A stretch of 64,000 nucleotides of DNA, taken from IMG/VR virus record IMGVR_UViG_3300043774_001557. One strand, written 5' to 3'. The notes under the pieces were generated by a model, which saw only the letters and a list, made by a program, of their open reading frames with translations, was not told the DNA's origin and ran no database searches. A program made the position numbers and the translations under genes. This stretch comes from an uncultured virus (IMG/VR IMGVR_UViG_3300043774_001557) (taxonomy: Duplodnaviria; Heunggongvirae; Uroviricota; Caudoviricetes). Each line of letters starts with the position of its first letter. Positions within the stretch are counted from its first letter, which is position 1. Shown here piece by piece: positions 49,836 through 59,536 of the stretch.

Positions 49836-51409
49836 AAAAAATTCTTCTCGCGCTTTTATGGTTCGTTTCGTCCGCAGCTCTTGCCCAAAGCTATCCGAGT
49901 CCGACATACAAGAACGTCACGATCACAGGTGGCATCACTGGTGGCACAATCACCGGCCTCTCTGCACCGATCCCATTCGCCTCGGGCGGCACCAACGCTA
50001 GCACGGCAACGGGCGCTACAAACCAACTTCAATACCTTCAAGGCGCGACTGGCAGTGTTGCTCGCTCGCTGACGAACAAGCTACAGGATTCGGTCAGCGT
50101 ACTGGACTTCACGGGCTGCGACGCGACTGGCGCGGCTGATAGCACGACGTGCCTGCAAAACGTATTGGCAGGAACGTCGGCCGCTTTCATCCCCCCGGGC
50201 ACCTACAAGATTAGCGGCACGCTGAATTTGAGCAAGAATGGTCAAGCGTTAGTTGGCGCAGGTACGGGTCTTGTCACTATCACGAGCACGTCGACTACAG
50301 CCCCGATGCTCACGGCGACTAGCGGACTTGCGAACTTGTACGTAGGCGGGTTTACGCTTACGCGCTCGGTGACGGCAGTACCTGGAGGAAATGGCATCGA
50401 TTTCGCAGGAGCGGTTCTAAGCACGTCCAAGATCGACAGTGTTAATGTCAATAACCAGTGGAATGGCATTACACTGGGTAGCACGGATTTTTCCACCGTA
50501 TCAAACGCCATAGTCCAGACCAATCAGAACTATGGCGTTTATCAGACTAATACTGGCAGTAATGGCCAAGTCCAATGGTATGTGAACAATCTGCTGTCGC
50601 AGAAAAATGGCAACGATGGTTGGCATATCCAGACGCAGACGGGGCCGCCGCAGATCACCGTCGGAACTTGGACAGCGCTGTACACTTTTGCCAACAGCGG
50701 GTTTGGGTTCGCGGCCTTTGGTTCCGCAAGTGTGCCGGTCCAAGATGTTCGCATTGTAGGCGGTTTTCTTGGGCAAGATGCAAAGAGCGAAATCTACTTA
50801 GACACCTACGGGGATCAACACAAGATCGACGGCACTTTTGTTGAACTCGCTGGCACCGCGGCAACCGGCCCCACCTTGGGAACACCTGCAAGCAACGTCG
50901 GCTCCGGCATTGAAGTCACGGGCAACAATACTACGGTGCAACTGACTGGCGTGCACTCATACGGCAACTCGTTGGATGGATTCTATCTGGCCGCAACATC
51001 CAACGGTATCGGAAATTGTCGCTCTATGAACAACGGCGCGGCAGCAACGGCAGGGCGAGCCAACGGCATTAATGTGGTCAGCGGGCGCGCCGTGATCAAT
51101 GGCGGCACGTTCGGAAATACGGGCGCTGGCACTTCTCAAAAATACGGAGTCTTCGTCGCTGATGGCAACAACTTGAGCGTGATGGGTGCGGACCTTTCCA
51201 ACAACGCCACTGGAGCGTGGGGCGCAACGTCGAACCTGAGCTATGTGAGCAGCGTCGGCAATCTGCCAAATACCTTGAATGTCGGCTTGTCGCCACAAGG
51301 GACGGTGCTGGTCGGGGGTGGTGCTACTGGCGGGTTTGGCGCGGGTGCGGGCACCATCAACGTTTCAGGCGGCCTGCTGAAGAACAATACGGCGTATACG
51401 AATCCGTAA
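49832..51409 (+). CDS. Tailspike-like beta-helix (pectate lyase-like) protein with N-terminal signal peptide
   Basis: MKKILLALLWFVSSAALAQ; VSVLDF.G.D.TG..DST, FIPPGTY; G/N/T-rich repeats. Confidence 0.75.
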   Translation: MKKILLALLWFVSSAALAQSYPSPTYKNVTITGGITGGTITGLSAPIPFASGGTNASTATGATNQLQYLQGATGSVARSLTNKLQDSVSVLDFTGCDATGAADSTTCLQNVLAGTSAAFIPPGTYKISGTLNLSKNGQALVGAGTGLVTITSTSTTAPMLTATSGLANLYVGGFTLTRSVTAVPGGNGIDFAGAVLSTSKIDSVNVNNQWNGITLGSTDFSTVSNAIVQTNQNYGVYQTNTGSNGQVQWYVNNLLSQKNGNDGWHIQTQTGPPQITVGTWTALYTFANSGFGFAAFGSASVPVQDVRIVGGFLGQDAKSEIYLDTYGDQHKIDGTFVELAGTAATGPTLGTPASNVGSGIEVTGNNTTVQLTGVHSYGNSLDGFYLAATSNGIGNCRSMNNGAAATAGRANGINVVSGRAVINGGTFGNTGAGTSQKYGVFVADGNNLSVMGADLSNNATGAWGATSNLSYVSSVGNLPNTLNVGLSPQGTVLVGGGATGGFGAGAGTINVSGGLLKNNTAYTNP

Positions 51410-51604
51410 CTTATTGGCGCCACAATGACCATCCATCGTCCGGTACGCAGTTCGCGCTGACCGGCACTACTACGGATACTGTGGCTTTCATGTGCGCGGG
51501 GAACTGACCCGCCGCCACACCCCACACAGCCGCCTCCGGGCGGCATTTCTTTTTGAGCCTGCTGAGTGCGGGTTTTTTAACATGGCCCTCACTAAAGGCA
51601 CACG

Positions 51605-52402
51605 ATGATAACGAGTGTTGTCTATGTGGCAAGCGGATATTGGGTGGATGGGTACGCCATCGCCATTCAGGTGCCCCCGGTTCCAGCACCGTCGACGCTA
51701 CAGCAGATCATCCCATCGTATGCGTATGAGCAGTACAACGATGATCAGGACATTCAGGCTTTTATCACCGCGCTCAACACGCTTGCGCAGCAGTACGTGA
51801 ACTGGTTCAATCAGATCGGCCTTCCGGTCTACACCGGGACACTTATCGTTGGCGCTTTGCTTGACTGGGTCGCCCAAGGGTTGTATGGGATCACACGACC
51901 ATCTCTTCCCGGGGCGGGGCAAACCCGCACATTCGGGCCTTTGAACACGGTGAAATTCAACACACTGGTGTTCAACGGACGGAGATCCCTATCATCCTCG
52001 ATTTATTACCAGACCAATGACGACATTTTCAAGCGTGTCATCACCTGGAATTTTTATAAGGGCGATGGGCGGGTGTTCAACATCCGTTGGTTGAAGCGAA
52101 GAATCATGCGCTTCTTGCTGGGCGCAAATGGTGTCGATTACAATGTCGATAACACCTCGCAGATTGGCGTGACGTTCGGTCTTAACAATCAAGTCAACAT
52201 CAATATCCGGAGCCGGGTGTCAACGCTGAAAAGCGGAGCGCTGCTCAATACGGTGGCGTTCAACAAATCGACGTTCAATGCCTACAAGGTTCAGGTCAAC
52301 AACCTTCCACCTTTGCCTAACTCCCATATTATCGCGTCAGCAATTCAGTCCGGCGCACTTCAATTGCCGTTCCAGTTTCAGTACACCGTAAACATCACCT
52401 GA
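51605..52402 (+). CDS. Baseplate wedge protein (DUF2612/gpI-like)
   Basis: LDWVAQGLYGITRP, DDIFKR. Confidence 0.7.
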   Translation: MITSVVYVASGYWVDGYAIAIQVPPVPAPSTLQQIIPSYAYEQYNDDQDIQAFITALNTLAQQYVNWFNQIGLPVYTGTLIVGALLDWVAQGLYGITRPSLPGAGQTRTFGPLNTVKFNTLVFNGRRSLSSSIYYQTNDDIFKRVITWNFYKGDGRVFNIRWLKRRIMRFLLGANGVDYNVDNTSQIGVTFGLNNQVNINIRSRVSTLKSGALLNTVAFNKSTFNAYKVQVNNLPPLPNSHIIASAIQSGALQLPFQFQYTVNIT

Positions 52403-52460
52403 CGTAACCACCATTCGCCATTCAGCCGCCTCCGGGTGGCTTTTTTATTGCCTGAACGAA

Positions 52461-53873
52461 ATGACCATCTTCATTGCAACGAATAATGCGTCTACCACGC
52501 TGGCGGGCGCAATTACTGCTGGTGCAACGACGTGCGCACTAGCCCCCGGAACCGGCGCCAACTTCCCGAACCCAACAGGGGGACAGCAATTCGCACTGAC
52601 GTTCATCGACGCGGCCACTGGCCTGAATACCGAAATCGTTTATGTGACGGCGCGTTCGGGCGACACGATCACGACGATGGTTCGCGCGCAGGAAGGCACG
52701 ACGGCGAAGGCATGGCTGGCCGGCGATCTGGCAAGCAACTTCTACACCCAGGGCCAAGATGCAGCAAAAGCGCAGATCCCAGGCGTGCAGAACAACACAT
52801 ACACGTACGCAGCAGATACGGGCGCAGCGAACGCCTACGCTGTTGCGCTTTCTCCCGCGCCCACGCTGTCCCAAGGCGCAATCATCGGATTCACCGCGGC
52901 TCACGCCAACACGGCGGCATCAACGCTCGCAGTCAATGGCGGTACGGCCTATCCGATCTGGGGTGCCGCACATCAACCATTGCAGGGCACTGAAATTGCG
53001 CTCAATGGCTATGTCGAGGTTGAATACAACCCCACGCTGAACAGCGGCAATCCGGTCTATCTGCTCCTTGAGTGCACCGGCGGTGCCCTCCAGGTCGCCA
53101 CCGCCACGCAGAGCCAGCATGCGGTGCAATTTGGGCAGTTGACCGGTCTCATCGGCTCGATGCGCAACGCCAAGATGTCGGTTGCCGCCGCTTCTGCGAC
53201 GGCCACATTCACGGCGGATCAGATCGTTGTCGGCACTGCGCTGAACGGTCTGGAATACCTGCTCCCGAGCTATAGCCAGTCGATCAATCTGGCTGCGACC
53301 GGCGCGGGCGGGATGGACACCGGTTCTGCCCCAGTGTCGGGTTATGTCGCGCTGTATGCTATTTACAAGCCAAGCACGAACACGACGAACATCCTCGCGA
53401 CGAACTCTACCAGCGCCGTTCCCTCGACGATTTATAGCGGTGCAAACATGCCAGTGGGTTATACCGCATCGGCGCTGATTGGCATCTGGGGAACCGATGG
53501 TACTGGAAAGTTCCGTATCGGCATTCAGCGCGAGCGGCGGGTGTCTTGCCCGTTTGTTTCTGTTTTGTCGGGCGGAACTGCCACGACTTACACGAGCACA
53601 TCTCTCGTGGCCGCAATACCTCAAGGTGCAAAATCATGGACCGGCAATGCCTCCGTTGCATTGACTGCCGCCGCTGCATCCAATGGCATTTTCGTTGCTG
53701 GCGACGCGAATGATACCGGATTGCAAACGGCAATCAACCCTGTTGGTTCATCGTCAAATCAATCTGGCGGCGGCCTTAGCAATGTTCCAATCATCACGGA
53801 ACAGGTCATGTTTTACAAAAACACTGTCGCAAACGCGACCTCCACCGTTACCGTATCTTCCTACGAGTTCTGA
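52461..53873 (+). CDS. Tail fiber protein
   Basis: NNASTTLA, EIVYVTAR, RAQEGT, DTGAANAY, GAGGMDTG. Confidence 0.8.
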   Translation: MTIFIATNNASTTLAGAITAGATTCALAPGTGANFPNPTGGQQFALTFIDAATGLNTEIVYVTARSGDTITTMVRAQEGTTAKAWLAGDLASNFYTQGQDAAKAQIPGVQNNTYTYAADTGAANAYAVALSPAPTLSQGAIIGFTAAHANTAASTLAVNGGTAYPIWGAAHQPLQGTEIALNGYVEVEYNPTLNSGNPVYLLLECTGGALQVATATQSQHAVQFGQLTGLIGSMRNAKMSVAAASATATFTADQIVVGTALNGLEYLLPSYSQSINLAATGAGGMDTGSAPVSGYVALYAIYKPSTNTTNILATNSTSAVPSTIYSGANMPVGYTASALIGIWGTDGTGKFRIGIQRERRVSCPFVSVLSGGTATTYTSTSLVAAIPQGAKSWTGNASVALTAAAASNGIFVAGDANDTGLQTAINPVGSSSNQSGGGLSNVPIITEQVMFYKNTVANATSTVTVSSYEF

Positions 53874-53875
53874 AA

Positions 53876-54043
53876 ATGAACGCATTCATCGACAAAAACG
53901 GTGTTCTAGTTTGCCTTAGCCAAGATGCGGAGAATGGTGGGGCGACAGCAATTCCAGTTCTTGACGGGACTGTGATGGAGGCCGGAAAATGGAAGTGGGA
54001 TGGGAGCAAGTGGGTCGCCTACGTCGCCCCGAAACAACCCTAA
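53876..54043 (+). CDS. 55-aa tail fiber assembly-like protein (not in ORF track)
   Basis: MNAFIDKNG...WKWDGSKWV directly after fiber. Confidence 0.6.
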   Translation: MNAFIDKNGVLVCLSQDAENGGATAIPVLDGTVMEAGKWKWDGSKWVAYVAPKQP

Positions 54044-55251
54044 ATCCCCAACATCGTTTTCAACAGGATTTGGGCGAATACCACGTACATAAAATCATTT
54101 GGATGCGCTGCGCCGCTGCCGGTGATGTCTGCATAAGTCTTCTTTTGTAGTATCTGCAGCGACGTGGTGCTGAAGTCTGCGACGAACACGTCTGACAGCG
54201 TATTGGCGATTGAGTATTCGACGGCCCGATATTCACCCAACTGGGAATTGTTGCTGACGATCCAATCTGGATTGGATGGCCACGACGCGACAAGTATGAT
54301 TTCGCACGCGGGATTCGCAGCTCGCTGGGCCATGATCAGGGCCATGATGTTGGCTCGGAATTGCTCGGTCGTGACGCCGCCTGGTGGGTCGTTCATACCC
54401 AAGCCAATCACGAGCACATTCGTATTCGGATTGGAGAAAGCCGCAAGATGCTTCGTGAAGTAGGCTGACCCCTCTCCAGGGGCCGACACATTGTTCATCG
54501 TCACTTGGCCAGGGTAGAGCTTGGCGAGGTATGCCGTTGCGAGTGCAGCATATCCAGGCTGGTTCGGCGCTTGTTTGTCGATGGCAGTTGAGTCATCGCC
54601 CTCGGTGATACTGTCACCGGCAAATAGGATGTTCACTGGCTTCCGCGCGTTCAGCTTGGCTAGCATCAGCTTTGTCACCTGACTTGCCGTCGGCGACGTG
54701 CCGACATCTGCCGAGGTGTAGGTCACCGCGATTTGCCGAGATTGGTATCCACCCGCATCAATTCGCAAGGCCTTCCCGTCTTTGCGCACCGGCTGCCAGA
54801 GAGGCGGATTTGTAGGGTCAGCCGTGATCAGCCACGACAATTTGGTTCGTGGGATAGTGGAGCCGGGGGGGATGACGATTTTCCCTGCCACCAGTCGGTA
54901 ATCTAGGTTTGGTTTGTAGAGCTGCCCTGTTTGCCGATTCCTAACCTGTTCGATAGAGATGGCCGGACGCCAGAGCGAATAGGTTGATTTACCGGTGAGA
55001 GGAAAGATCGTTTCGTCGCGGACTGTTTTTGAACTCCAGAACCACTGATCAACGTGGAAAGCTTCGACCAGATCGCTGCTGCAGGATGGAACCGAGCACG
55101 TTCCGGTGAATGTCGGGCTCACCGGAACGGGGGTGGCAATTGCAGTGGTAGCGCTTGGCTTGGATGAGCTAGGATGGCCGCTGTCGCCGCCGCATCCGCC
55201 GCAAACCATCAAAAGCAGTCCGAGAAGAAATGCGATAACTCCGCGCGCCAT
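54040..55251 (-). CDS. SGNH/GDSL hydrolase lipoprotein (moron)
   Basis: Signal with Cys; GDSIT, GMND, HPND. Confidence 0.88.
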   Translation of the reverse strand: MARGVIAFLLGLLLMVCGGCGGDSGHPSSSKPSATTAIATPVPVSPTFTGTCSVPSCSSDLVEAFHVDQWFWSSKTVRDETIFPLTGKSTYSLWRPAISIEQVRNRQTGQLYKPNLDYRLVAGKIVIPPGSTIPRTKLSWLITADPTNPPLWQPVRKDGKALRIDAGGYQSRQIAVTYTSADVGTSPTASQVTKLMLAKLNARKPVNILFAGDSITEGDDSTAIDKQAPNQPGYAALATAYLAKLYPGQVTMNNVSAPGEGSAYFTKHLAAFSNPNTNVLVIGLGMNDPPGGVTTEQFRANIMALIMAQRAANPACEIILVASWPSNPDWIVSNNSQLGEYRAVEYSIANTLSDVFVADFSTTSLQILQKKTYADITGSGAAHPNDFMYVVFAQILLKTMLGI

Positions 55252-55356
55252 GCTTCTTCGCCTTGTTTTCCTTGAAAGGGGCGATGATACCTATCTTTCA
55301 GAAAGGCTCTGCCGATGAGTTCGCAGAAGTGTGGCGCGATGGTGATGCGCCCCTAG

Positions 55357-56880
55357 TCACATGCCCAAGATTGACTTCAGCACCGTCTGCGCATAGAGCG
55401 TGTACATCCAATCATTGGGGTGATTCACCCCGTTGCCTGTGACGTCGTAGAAGCTCTTCGTGTTGAGCATTTCCGAGTTCCAAACTGCGCTCGTCACGTC
55501 AGCCACGGACACGCCCTGCGTCGACCCGGCAAGTTGGTACATCGCCGCGTTGTAATCGACGAAGGCTTGGTTGTTGGTCAGTGTCCAGTCGGGATTGCTC
55601 GGCCAGCTCGACACCAGCAGAACTTCGGTGGCGCTATTGCACCAACGCGCTGCGGCGATGATTTGTTGCAGATTGCTCTGGAACTGGGCGCCGGTGATGC
55701 TGCCGGCCATGTCATTCATACCGACGGCTACGATCACGAGGTCGCTGGCAACATCGGCGAGGTTGGCTGATGCATTAGAAAGCACGCTACCCGACGTGTA
55801 TCCGCCCACGGCATGATTTCGCACGTACACCTGTCCCGGATAGTGCTGCGACAGATAGGCTATGACAAGATCGACGTAGCCTGGTTGCGCCGGCGCCATG
55901 CTCATCGACTTCGTGGAATTCAGTCCAGCCGTGATGCTGTCCCCCTCGATGGTGATTGCGACCTTCTGGCCGGCGGCCAGCTTGGCGAGGAACTTGGCCG
56001 GGTAGGACGACACCAGCGGCGGCGCAGGCTGATACAGCGGCGTGCTGTAGGTCGCGGCGATCTGTTTCGATTGGTAGTCATTTGAGATGCGCAGCGGAGT
56101 GCCTGCCTTGGTGGTTGGCTGCCACATGGCTGGTGTCGTCGGGTCTGCGCTGTTGATCCATGCTGGATCGGTCAAAGGGATCGCTGACCCCGCCGGAATC
56201 ACGAGTTGGTTGCCCTGCAGCGTGTAATCGGTGCCTGGCACGTAGATCTGGCCGGTCTGCCGATTGCGCACCGACTCGATGTTCGCGACGGGGCGCCATA
56301 GCACATAGGAAGCGCGGCCAGACGTGGGCATGATCGATTCATCCCAGACTTTCAGCGATGTCCAGAACCACTGATCGACGTGGAACTGAGCAACGAGATC
56401 GCCAGCGCATGCTGATGATGCGCACACCGTGAATCGGGTGAAATCGTAGGTTGGCGGGTTGGTTGCGGCGGTCTTGCTGGGCGGCGCGACTGCGGTGGCG
56501 GTCGAGTCGGTTGTGTTTTCGCCTCCGCCGCAGGCCGCCAGCGCGAAAGCTACGGCTGCGAGGGCGAATCCAAGTCGATGATGGCGCCGACCTCGCGCAT
56601 GCGATTCATGATGCGCTCGATCGTCTCGGCGTCCAGTTCCAGACGGGCCATGGCGAAAAACAGCATGTACGCGCTGATCTCGCGTCGATTCCGATCGATC
56701 GGCGACCTCGACGTGTACCGGCGAAACGCTCGCCTGTCCGCCACCCCGAACAGATCGGCTATCTGGCTGCCATCCATTCCGAGGCTTTTCTTCAGCGACT
56801 CGATTTGTTCCGCGCTCGGCGGTTCGTAATGCATGCAGGTATCCATATGCGCGAGTAAGCGCACGAAAACTGAGTTTCAT
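55357..56880 (-). CDS. SGNH/GDSL hydrolase lipoprotein paralog; start uncertain
   Basis: LAAC lipobox; GDSIT, GMND, NHPND. Confidence 0.8.
   Translation of the reverse strand: MKLSFRALTRAYGYLHALRTAERGTNRVAEEKPRNGWQPDSRSVRGGGQASVSPVHVEVADRSESTRDQRVHAVFRHGPSGTGRRDDRAHHESHARGRRHHRLGFALAAVAFALAACGGGENTTDSTATAVAPPSKTAATNPPTYDFTRFTVCASSACAGDLVAQFHVDQWFWTSLKVWDESIMPTSGRASYVLWRPVANIESVRNRQTGQIYVPGTDYTLQGNQLVIPAGSAIPLTDPAWINSADPTTPAMWQPTTKAGTPLRISNDYQSKQIAATYSTPLYQPAPPLVSSYPAKFLAKLAAGQKVAITIEGDSITAGLNSTKSMSMAPAQPGYVDLVIAYLSQHYPGQVYVRNHAVGGYTSGSVLSNASANLADVASDLVIVAVGMNDMAGSITGAQFQSNLQQIIAAARWCNSATEVLLVSSWPSNPDWTLTNNQAFVDYNAAMYQLAGSTQGVSVADVTSAVWNSEMLNTKSFYDVTGNGVNHPNDWMYTLYAQTVLKSILGM
56550..56846 (-). 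CDS. Small XRE-like HTH regulator nested in the 5' part of the SGNH ORF
   Basis: YEPP...L.K.LG....QIADLFGV...R.FRRYT...MLFF..ARL. Confidence 0.7.
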   Translation of the reverse strand: MDTCMHYEPPSAEQIESLKKSLGMDGSQIADLFGVADRRAFRRYTSRSPIDRNRREISAYMLFFAMARLELDAETIERIMNRMREVGAIIDLDSPSQP

Positions 56881-57013
56881 GATCGTCCTTTCGGGATGTC
56901 GGACCGCGCGATATGCGAGGTGCCAGTGCGATCAATATAGGTCCGTCGGACCCATCAGTCAAGCAATACCAACACACCGCCTCCGGGCGGTTTTTCTTTT
57001 TCCGGGGCATCTC

Positions 57014-57337
57014 ATGGATTTCACGACGGGCGCCTTTGGCGCTGTTGCGGCTGGCGTTTTTGCTGTCTTCGGATGGGTGCTCAAGCGCTCAGTCGCGCAG
57101 ATGGACCAGAAGCTGAGGGATCACAGCGACGCACTGCAAGAGCAAATCGCGGCGCTGGCTGCGTACAAGCTTCACGTCGCAGAGCACTACGTCACACAGA
57201 GCGAATTGACCAAGGCCATCGAGAGCTTGGACAAGACCATGCAGCGCCTGTTGGACGCCGTTGCTGCGGGCGCTAAAGAAACGCGAGAGGGCTTTGCCGA
57301 AATCCATCGGCGCATTGATACCAAGGCCGACAAATGA
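57014..57337 (+). CDS. Holin/antiholin-like membrane protein
   Basis: One N-terminal TM plus coiled coil, precedes endolysin. Confidence 0.6.
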   Translation: MDFTTGAFGAVAAGVFAVFGWVLKRSVAQMDQKLRDHSDALQEQIAALAAYKLHVAEHYVTQSELTKAIESLDKTMQRLLDAVAAGAKETREGFAEIHRRIDTKADK

Positions 57338-57795
57338 CCCCCCAGGACTTCATTAAAGCCATCGGGCCGGCAGCGCGCGCATCAGCAGTTAAGTCCAAGA
57401 TTCCCGCCAGCTTCACCGTCGCAGAGGCCGCGCTGGAATCAGCCTGGGGCGCCTCGCAGCTCGCGCGTGATGCGTTCAACTTGTTCGGCGTGAAAGCAGA
57501 CCGGGCATGGGGCGGCGCGGTTCTGACGATGCCAACGCGTGAGTACCTGGGCGGCGGCAAATGGGCGATGGTTCAGGCGCGCTGGCGCAAGTACAGCGAC
57601 TGGCTCGGCTCGGTTACCGATCACGCGCAATTCCTGCTGACGAATCCGCGCTACAGGCCCGCATTCCAGCATGCGGACGGAGAGGGCTTTACACGCGCCG
57701 TTGCCGCCGCCGGCTACGCGACCGATCCGCAGTACGCGGACAAGATCATCTCGATTATCCGCCAGCACAACCTAGCCGACTTGGACAAGGCATGA
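57334..57795 (+). CDS. Endolysin, GH73 glucosaminidase/FlgJ-like
   Basis: AALESAWG, NLFGVKA, GYATDPQY. Confidence 0.92.
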   Translation: MTPQDFIKAIGPAARASAVKSKIPASFTVAEAALESAWGASQLARDAFNLFGVKADRAWGGAVLTMPTREYLGGGKWAMVQARWRKYSDWLGSVTDHAQFLLTNPRYRPAFQHADGEGFTRAVAAAGYATDPQYADKIISIIRQHNLADLDKA

Positions 57796-58313
57796 GCAAC
57801 GTAGAGCAAACGCACGAACAAGCGCACTCGTTTCGTGAGGTCGTGGAATTCCCCGGCCACGAGGCTCGCACCGAGTCGAGCGAGTTCCGCAAGAACAAGC
57901 GCGTACTGGTGAAGCAACTGGACCTGCCGTGCTGGATCTGCGGATCGCGCGACAGCCGAGAGGTTCATCACCTCCACGAATGGAGTTTGTGGCCGGCGCT
58001 GGACCCGGAAAAGGTTCTGGACACGCTGCACGTATTCGACCCGTATGGATTCACGCACAAGATGGGCGAGCAGCCCATCGAATCGCCCGACGACATCCGC
58101 AACCTTTTGGTTTTGTGCGGCCACCACGAAGTCGGCGGCGTTCCGGTGCCAGGTGGCCATCATCGCGGCGTCGATCTCGGCGTCCATGACCTGACCATGC
58201 CGACGTGGCTGGCGCTCAAGTCCGTCAAGCCTGGAATCGAAATCACAAAGGCCATCGGCCACGCGCAGGACGAAGACCACAAGCTGCGCGGCACCAAATC
58301 AACCAAGGAGTAA
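57792..58313 (+). CDS. HNH-like zinc-binding protein in lysis cassette
   Basis: CWICG...EVHH...NLLVLC..H...HHR. Confidence 0.6.
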   Translation: MSNVEQTHEQAHSFREVVEFPGHEARTESSEFRKNKRVLVKQLDLPCWICGSRDSREVHHLHEWSLWPALDPEKVLDTLHVFDPYGFTHKMGEQPIESPDDIRNLLVLCGHHEVGGVPVPGGHHRGVDLGVHDLTMPTWLALKSVKPGIEITKAIGHAQDEDHKLRGTKSTKE

Positions 58314-58315
58314 GT

Positions 58316-58537
58316 ATGAACAAGGCAATCATCAGCGGCGGCCTGACCGTCAGCGCCGCCGAACTCGTTCCGGCAGTCGAATGGGCGCTCGGCGGCTTCC
58401 ATGGCGCAGTGCCGACCAATCTGGCGGCTCTCATTGCAGGCGCCATCGTCATGGCGCTGCATGCTGGCTACAACGTGATCGCGGCTCGCGCTGAAGCGAA
58501 AGCGGCTTCGACCGCTCCTGCTACTCCGGCGCAATGA
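58316..58537 (+). CDS. Small holin-like membrane protein
   Basis: AAGGAG SD; two hydrophobic segments. Confidence 0.6.
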   Translation: MNKAIISGGLTVSAAELVPAVEWALGGFHGAVPTNLAALIAGAIVMALHAGYNVIAARAEAKAASTAPATPAQ

Positions 58538-58851
58538 AAGCCGCCGCTCTAGCGCTGCTCCTGCCTCTGGCTGGGTGCGCTGGCCAGGCCGCGTACTCGG
58601 TGCGCCCGTTCTACGAAGAGCATCTACAGCGCATGGTGTGCTGTGAAGCGATGGCTAGCAATTCCAAGGACATCGCCTCGCTGTCGTTTGATCTGGTAAC
58701 GCAGTCTGATGGTGTCGTCACAGTTCACTTTTCCGAGGCCGGAGTCGGCGCGACCGCGCCAATCAAGGCCGATACCACTGCCGTCTCTGCCGTCGCCAGC
58801 GCAGTGACCGCCACGGCAAACGCCGCCTCCAAGTTCTCCCTCAAGCCGTAA
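58534..58851 (+). CDS. Lipoprotein (possible spanin function)
   Basis: LAGC lipobox. Confidence 0.7.
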   Translation: MKAAALALLLPLAGCAGQAAYSVRPFYEEHLQRMVCCEAMASNSKDIASLSFDLVTQSDGVVTVHFSEAGVGATAPIKADTTAVSAVASAVTATANAASKFSLKP

Positions 58852-58860
58852 AGGATTCCC

Positions 58861-59277
58861 ATGCGTAAATTTATGCTGCTCGCGGCAGGTCTTGTCGCGT
58901 CCGTTCTCGTTGGCTGCGCTTCGGCGCCGCAATTGACCTTTGGCCAGCAGGTCAGCATCGCCTGCGGCGCTGCCCAAGGCGAGTTGGCAATTCTCCGTAG
59001 CGACAACGTCTTCACTGGTGGCGCGGCCAACACGCTGACCAACGACATCGAGCCGGCCATCGGCAAGGTCTGCGCAGCCGGCGCGACGGTAACGAGCCCC
59101 GATCTGCAAGCGGTCGTCAATTCGACTCTGCCGCTCATCAAGTCGGTTGTGGATGCGTCCTCGCTGCCGCAGGACAAGAAGAACGCAGCGAACGCGGCGA
59201 TCGACACCGGCATTCTGGCATTCAACATTGCGGTCAATCTGGCGCCGGTTGCCACTTCTGGTGCTGCTGCGAAGTGA
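58861..59277 (+). CDS. Lipoprotein
   Basis: LVGC lipobox. Confidence 0.75.
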   Translation: MRKFMLLAAGLVASVLVGCASAPQLTFGQQVSIACGAAQGELAILRSDNVFTGGAANTLTNDIEPAIGKVCAAGATVTSPDLQAVVNSTLPLIKSVVDASSLPQDKKNAANAAIDTGILAFNIAVNLAPVATSGAAAK

Positions 59278-59376
59278 GCGAATGTATTCGCGCGGCGTGC
59301 TAAAATAGCGGAAGCCCGCAGGTGAAGCAACACCGTGCGGGCCTCCTAACCACCATTCATGATACTGGCATGAACA

Positions 59377-59454
59377 ATGGCTGCGAATGATTTTACCCCA
59401 ATTGGCGCAAGATTCGGGATGCTTGAGGTAGTTGGCCGCCTGAATTGGCTTTGA
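59377..59454 (+). pseudogene. Remnant N-terminus of a homing-endonuclease-like gene
   Basis: MAANDFTPIGARFGMLEVVGR resembles G.RFG.L.V N-termini; same leader as the 43772 gene. Confidence 0.45.
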
Positions 59455-59536
59455 AGCCCCTAACGCGCAGCTAACGAAACTTCCTTTTCTATAGCCCGTC
59501 CGGAGAAATCCCGACGGGCTTTTTGTCGTCTGGAAT

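Noticed and set aside
49832..53873. DGR or invertible tail-fiber cassette
   Set aside because: No reverse transcriptase, template/variable repeat pair, invertase or inverted fiber segments seen
51527..57001. CCGCCTCCGGG(C/T)GG repeated near 51530, 52426 and 56977 as a mobile repeat
   Set aside because: Each is a hairpin plus T-run, i.e. ordinary intrinsic terminators
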